Source: Octopus bimaculoides
Lineage: Eukaryota
Length of the DNA: 36,884 bases
Direction: 5' to 3'
NCBI RefSeq assembly: GCF_001194135.2
Contig: NC_068981.1
Span: 132,096,646-132,133,529, forward strand
Shown here: positions 31,641 to 36,884 of the stretch, piece by piece
Layout of the letters: every line of letters begins with the position of its first letter
How positions within the stretch are numbered: the first letter of the stretch is position 1
Translations under genes and position numbers: made by a program
Notes under the pieces: generated by a model
The model's input: the letters and a program-made list of their open reading frames with translations, nothing else
Database searches by the model: none
Told to the model about the DNA's origin: nothing

Positions 31641-33765
31641 ATGAGGTTACTGGAGTTCTGTAATGCAAATAACCTTTTGATCTGCAACACCAACTTTAGG
31701 AAGCCTGCCAACCACCTGATAACCTATCAATCAAGTGACTCTGCTAGCCAGATAGATTTCATTTTCACCAGAAAGCAGGATGCATGGTTGCTTTTAAATG
31801 CAAAGACTCTTCCTGGGGAAGAATGTATCCCCTAGCATAGACTAGTCATTAGCAACTTTAGACTCCTGGCCAGAATGATGCCAAGAAGCAGATCAATCTG
31901 GAAAAGATGAACCCTTCATATGGTCAGAGATTTAGGGACATCCTAATCGAGAAATTTGATGAGAAAGAGGAGTAGCTACAAACTTGTGACATAGAGGGCA
32001 ACTGGGAATTCCTGCAGGACAACTTGCTGAGTGCCACAGACCAAATCTGTGGCTGGTGCAAAGTCCCTTCCAGATCCAGGGTAACCTGATGGTGGAACAA
32101 TACTGTAGACAGAGCCATTAGAGCAAAGAAACAGGCCTGGAAGAGTGGTGGCAGCAGGGAACTGTATCAGATAGCCAGAAGGGAAGCTAGGAGACAGGTG
32201 TATCTAGCCAAGGGAGAAGCAGAAAAGAAGAAGTTTGCCTATGTTCAGTGCTGTGAGGACCAAGAACTGAAGTATTTTGGATTGCAAAACTGTGTGAGAG
32301 AAAATTGTGATGTCATAGGAGAGAAATGTGTCAGCATAGATGATGGTGCACTTGCTTTTAATTTGCCTGCAAAGAAAGAAGCTTGGGGATGTCATTATGA
32401 AAGACTGCCGAATGTGGAGAATGTATGGGAAGAGGAGAGTCTGTCAAATGTTGACCCAACTGAGGGACTAGCTATCTGAATTGACAGTACCCTGGGAGAT
32501 AACACAATTAAGGATATGAAGACAGGGGAAGCCTCCGGCCCATCAGGAATTACTGCTGATGTGCTTAAAATATCCAGGGGTGGGGTTATGGTCTAGTCAC
32601 CCATATTGTAAATCAGATGGTCCATGAAGGAGTCATACCCAATGACTGGTGTAGCAGCACCATAGTCAACTGCTACAAAGGTAAAAGTGATGCCTAAGAT
32701 AGAAATAACTACAGAGCTATCAAATTGTTGGATCAGGTGATGAAAGCCACAGAGAGAGTCATAGCCCAACTAATCATGGAGAGAGTTAGTCTAGATGAGA
32801 TGCAGTTTGGCTTTGTGCCAGGTAGAAGCACCACTGATACTATATTTCTGGTAAGGCAACTTCAGGAGAAATACCTAGCCAAAAATAAACCTCTGTACTT
32901 GGCTTTTGTTGACTTGGAGAAAGCTTTTGACAGAGTCCTCCAATCAGTTATCTGGTGGTCAATGCAGAAACTAGGGAAAGATGAGTGGTTGGTGAGAGCT
33001 GTACAAGCCTTGTACAGGGACACTACCAGTAAGGTGAGGGTAGGCAATGAGTACAGCAAAGAATTCAGGGTACAAGTAGGGGTTCGCCCAGGATCAGTGC
33101 TCAGACCCCTCTTGTTCATCATAGTCCTCCAGGCAATAACACAGGAATTCAAGACAGGCTACCCCTGAGAACTTCTCTGTGCTGATGACCTTGCTCTTAT
33201 AGCTGAATCACTACCAGAGCTAGAGAAGTTCCAGGTATAGAATCAAAGGGCCTTAGAGTTAACCTAACAAAAACCAAAGTCATAGTAAATAGGAAGGCGG
33301 ACAAATCACAGATCCCTGCTCAATCTGTAGAAAAGGTGTAGGTAGAAACTCCATATAATGCACCCAGTGTAAGCTTTGGACACACAAAAGGTGCACAGGT
33401 ATAATAAATGCTGAAAATATGAAGAAAATAGATTCCATCAACTGCCAGAGGGGCAAGCTAGAGGTAGTAGATAGCTTCCAGTATCTAGGCGACCAAGTTA
33501 GTAGTGGAGGTAGTTGTTCTGAGAACATAACTGTGTGAATAACAAAGGGCCTCTCTCTCAGAGTGAAAGGCAGGTCATTTGATGCCTGTGTGCAAACAGC
33601 TATGTTGCATGGCAGTGAAACATGGGCTATAACAGCCATGGACATGCATAAGCTTGAGAGAAATGAAGCCAGTATGCTTCGCTGAATGTGTAATGTCAGT
33701 GTGCAGGTTCAACAGAGTATAAGCATCTTGAGAGAAAAGTTAAGCATAAGAGGAATCAGATGCAC
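31641..33765 (+). pseudogene. RTE-clade LINE remnant (end of AP endonuclease + reverse transcriptase), 5'- and 3'-truncated
   Basis: RLLEFC..NNLLICNT.F; SQIDFI; HRLV; QFGFVPGRSTTDTIFLVRQLQEKY; LAFVDLEKAFDRV; GVRPGSVLRPLLF; YADD degraded to CADD (33178-33189). Multiple stops and frameshifts. Confidence 0.95.
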
Positions 33766-33791
33766 TGATTCCTCTTATTATGAATTCTATT

Positions 33792-33870
33792 TACCATAAA
33801 ACCCATGTAATTTATGCACTTGTTTTGCAAAAACAAAAATAAACTTTAGGGGGTGTGTAAATTACATGAG
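33792..33870. mobile_element. Possible end of a Tc1/pogo-like MITE (subterminal inverted repeat)
   Basis: TACCATAAA start, then catgtaatttatgcac (33804-33819) and its inverse gtgtgtaaattacatg (33853-33868, 14/16). The opposite terminus was not found. Confidence 0.4.
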
Positions 33871-36029
33871 TAGATCATATCCAGAATTTTTTAAGAATTT
33901 TTTTTGAAAAATGACATATGGGAAGTTTTTACAGAAAAGATAATGGCTTAAATATAATGAAGTTGACTTTTATCTATGCTGGACAGTACAAAACTTAATT
34001 TTTCTGTATAAATTTACTAAAACTGTTAAGTGGTTAACTACTTTTTGAAGTCAAACGTTCATGCTGGTAAACATGGTCCGGGCCATATTTTACATTACTT
34101 GGAGCACCATTGACATATGTAGAGATATGGATATTCTTCACTGAAAAAATGTAATGATATAGATAATCTTGATTGTATATTTTTATTTTTGTCTCTTTAT
34201 TACTAGACACAGTTTTAAGTTTGTCATACTGTTTATGTCAATTTCGAACATTGGCTTCATTAACATTAAAATACTTTCTGGCAGCTCTATTGTCATGTTC
34301 AAATGCATATTCAACATATTTAATTTCTGCTTCGCAGTAAACAGTTCATAAGTTCTGCCCATACTGACAATAATGGCAATAACAAATTTTTAAGTTTGCT
34401 TAATATTTTATAAGTGTGAAATGATTAAAATTTTTTGATACTCTGTATAAAAGGTTCCAACAAGAATAGACAGAAAAGAATTGTTTACATAATCAGTTTG
34501 ATTGGTCACCTTCCTCTGTCAGTTGAGTAAGGTGTCATCCAAGCTGATGTTTATTGGTAATTAAACTTATTTTGCAACACCTATGTGTATTTATTAGCTT
34601 TGTTTTTGTTAGTAATTCTTATCAACAACTTTTCCTGCAATCGTGATTTGAGAAGACATACAGAAGTATGCTAAAGATCAGACATAATCTCTTGTGGGCA
34701 AGAACTGTAAAATAAAGTTTATTATAAACAACACAAACATTTTGTTATTTAATAGCTTTCATTATTGCCTGCACATTATTGCCTATGATATATATATGTA
34801 CTTACTTTAATGTAATATATTGTATTTCCAATTTTTAAATGTGCATATTTTGTATATGCATATATCTATGTGTATGTTGTGTAGCCAGATATTTTTTGCA
34901 CATATGTATGAAAGTATTTTTGAATATTTATAAATTATACATAAGTATCATGTTATGCTGCCCTGTATCTATATATGCAAATATTTATCATTTTATAAAT
35001 TATTTTATATATACTATTTTAGCAACTAGTTTTTATAACTATTCTTATTTTTATTTAAAATGTTTATAATTATTCTTATGTTTATAACTATCCTTATTTT
35101 TATTAAAAATGTTTACAATTTTTAAATATTATAATTCTTATAAATTTTTTATAATGTATATATGTTTTTATAATGTATATTTGTACGTATGTAAACCTAT
35201 ATGGCCAATATACATTCAGGCCTGTATATATAAACATTATTTACAAACATATATATATACATTAGTCCGAGTATGCCATGTATAAGGGTATTACTATATT
35301 ATTGATATGTATGGGGTATTAGTATATACATTATTGTATGTACAGTTATCTGTTTGTTTTGTTGGTAATTGTCTGTATATATATATATATATGTATAAGT
35401 AGGTATTTATCAGTGCATGTTGTTTCCATGTACAAAAATCGTTTGTATATGCATATGTGGTTGTACCAGTATGTATACACATACACTTTTACATATAAAG
35501 CTATGTATAACACAATTTTGCATGTACATATCCATCTACATATGATGTCAATCTATTTACTTTTTATTATTATAGCAATTATAAGTAAGCCTGTATTCTC
35601 TACCCACTAATTGTTATCTCCCCTACACTACTCATAATTCTGACATTTTTTTTTTTACTTTTCTCTTCAGTGATACACAACTCTTTTCGATATTATTAAA
35701 TATAACTTTTCTATGCTGCCCCATAGATGATTATATCTGTTTTAGCAGCGGATGATGTAAGTAAATTCCCCGTCATCTTATTTTAATTTTTTATTTTCTA
35801 ATTGTTATTTTTATTCCATTAAATGTCTTTTAGTATCTACCTCTTAAAATATCCTTCTACAAGTTTAACTACATTCCGTAATATTACACTTATTTTCTTC
35901 TATTAAAATTAGACATTATTTGCATAAAACATTTTAATTATAAATTTTATATACCACAAACCATTATAATTACTATTAAACATTTGTTTCTAATTAATTA
36001 CTTAGCTGTATTGATTATTGGCTCTTAAA

Positions 36030-36233
36030 TAAGGCAGTGAGCTGGCAGAATCATTAGCATGCTGAGCAAAATGCTTAGCGATATTTAGTCTGTCTTTATG
36101 TTCTGAGTTCAAATTCTGAGGTTGACTTTCGGAGTCAATAAATTAAGTACCAGTGAAATTCTGGGGGTCAATGTAATCAACTAGTCTCTTCCCCGAAAGC
36201 TTTGGGCCTTGTGCTTATTATAGAAAGGATTAT
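36030..36233 (+). mobile_element. SINE, ggcagtgagctggc-head family
   Basis: aaggcagtgagctggcagaatcattagcatgctgagcaaaatgcttagcg...gtcaataaattaagtaccagtgaaattctgggggtcaatg...ggccttgtgc...gaaaggattatt. Confidence 0.8.
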
Positions 36234-36716
36234 TGACGGTTAAATATAAATTTTAGTCCCCAGTACTTCAAAATCCTGTACTTCCTTATTTGAGTAGTCC
36301 TTTTTCTTAATGTACAGACCTACCAGGTTTTACTTCATATGGGAGTTTTAAATTAGCTCCTTTATACTAATCTATAGAGAGAATGTTACCCTTATTAGTA
36401 TCATGTATATCAACATCCAAGCATTATCTTTTAGTCTTGTTTTAAATAGACATGACTCCAAGAATAATAACACATTATAAACATAAGTAAGAACACCATA
36501 CCTGTGTAATCCTAACGTCGTTTTAGCTTTTTTAAATTTTCAGTTACTGATGAATACTTTTTGACAACTCTAATTCTTAAAATGAATTTATTGTCTCTCT
36601 GTATGAAACGATTGTATAGCTACACAAAGAAAAAATATTATTATCCATATTAACATATTTATGTAAAATATGATTGAAATTGTTGAATTTTGTTTAATAA
36701 GTTAAATCACATACTT

Positions 36717-36817
36717 AATATACCTATATATGCATACATATATATGTATATATGTGCATACATATATATATGTGTATACATATATATATGTGAATACATA
36801 CACACATATATATGTGC

Positions 36818-36884
<67 letters not shown>
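36717..36884. repeat. (TA)n-rich microsatellite at window end
   Basis: Directly visible. Confidence 0.95.

Noticed and set aside
25620-33765. An intact autonomous Helitron, Penelope or RTE element
   Set aside because: All have stops, frameshifts or truncations: Rep HUH missing, YADD changed to CADD, GIY-YIG YVG changed to YVD, and no Penelope RT.

Overview
AT-rich, microsatellite-dense animal genomic DNA with five N gaps. The SINE families and (GAT)n tails suggest a coleoid cephalopod, probably Octopus (inference, not verified). There is one real host gene on the + strand: a BTB-BACK-Kelch (KLHL-family) protein. Its BTB exon (acceptor 2058-2059, exon 2060-2446, first in-frame ATG 2123) joins in phase 0 across a 13.6-kb intron (2447-16059) to a BACK+Kelch terminal exon (16060-17427), giving 563 aa from Met2123; an upstream exon is implied but not identified. 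The rest is transposon-derived: about 20 SINE copies or fragments from several modular families, two hAT-type non-autonomous elements with exact 8-bp TSDs, two copies of a CAC...GTG-ended MITE-like element, an internally deleted Helitron with both termini (25620-28892, -), a decayed RTE LINE, a fossil CR1/Jockey-like RT, and a Penelope-like GIY-YIG fragment. The most interesting signals are two unrelated type I hammerhead-ribozyme-like motifs. One lies downstream of the Penelope GIY-YIG ORF and appears twice in a 308-bp repeat flanking a gap (retrozyme/pLTR-like tandem, or assembly artefact). The other is a minimal CUGUUGA variant on the sense strand of the KLHL intron. Both deviate from the canonical core, so activity is unproven. 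Hammerheads in Penelope-like elements are a known class, and novelty for this genome cannot be judged from sequence alone. No prokaryotic system, CRISPR array, rRNA or true tRNA gene is supported.
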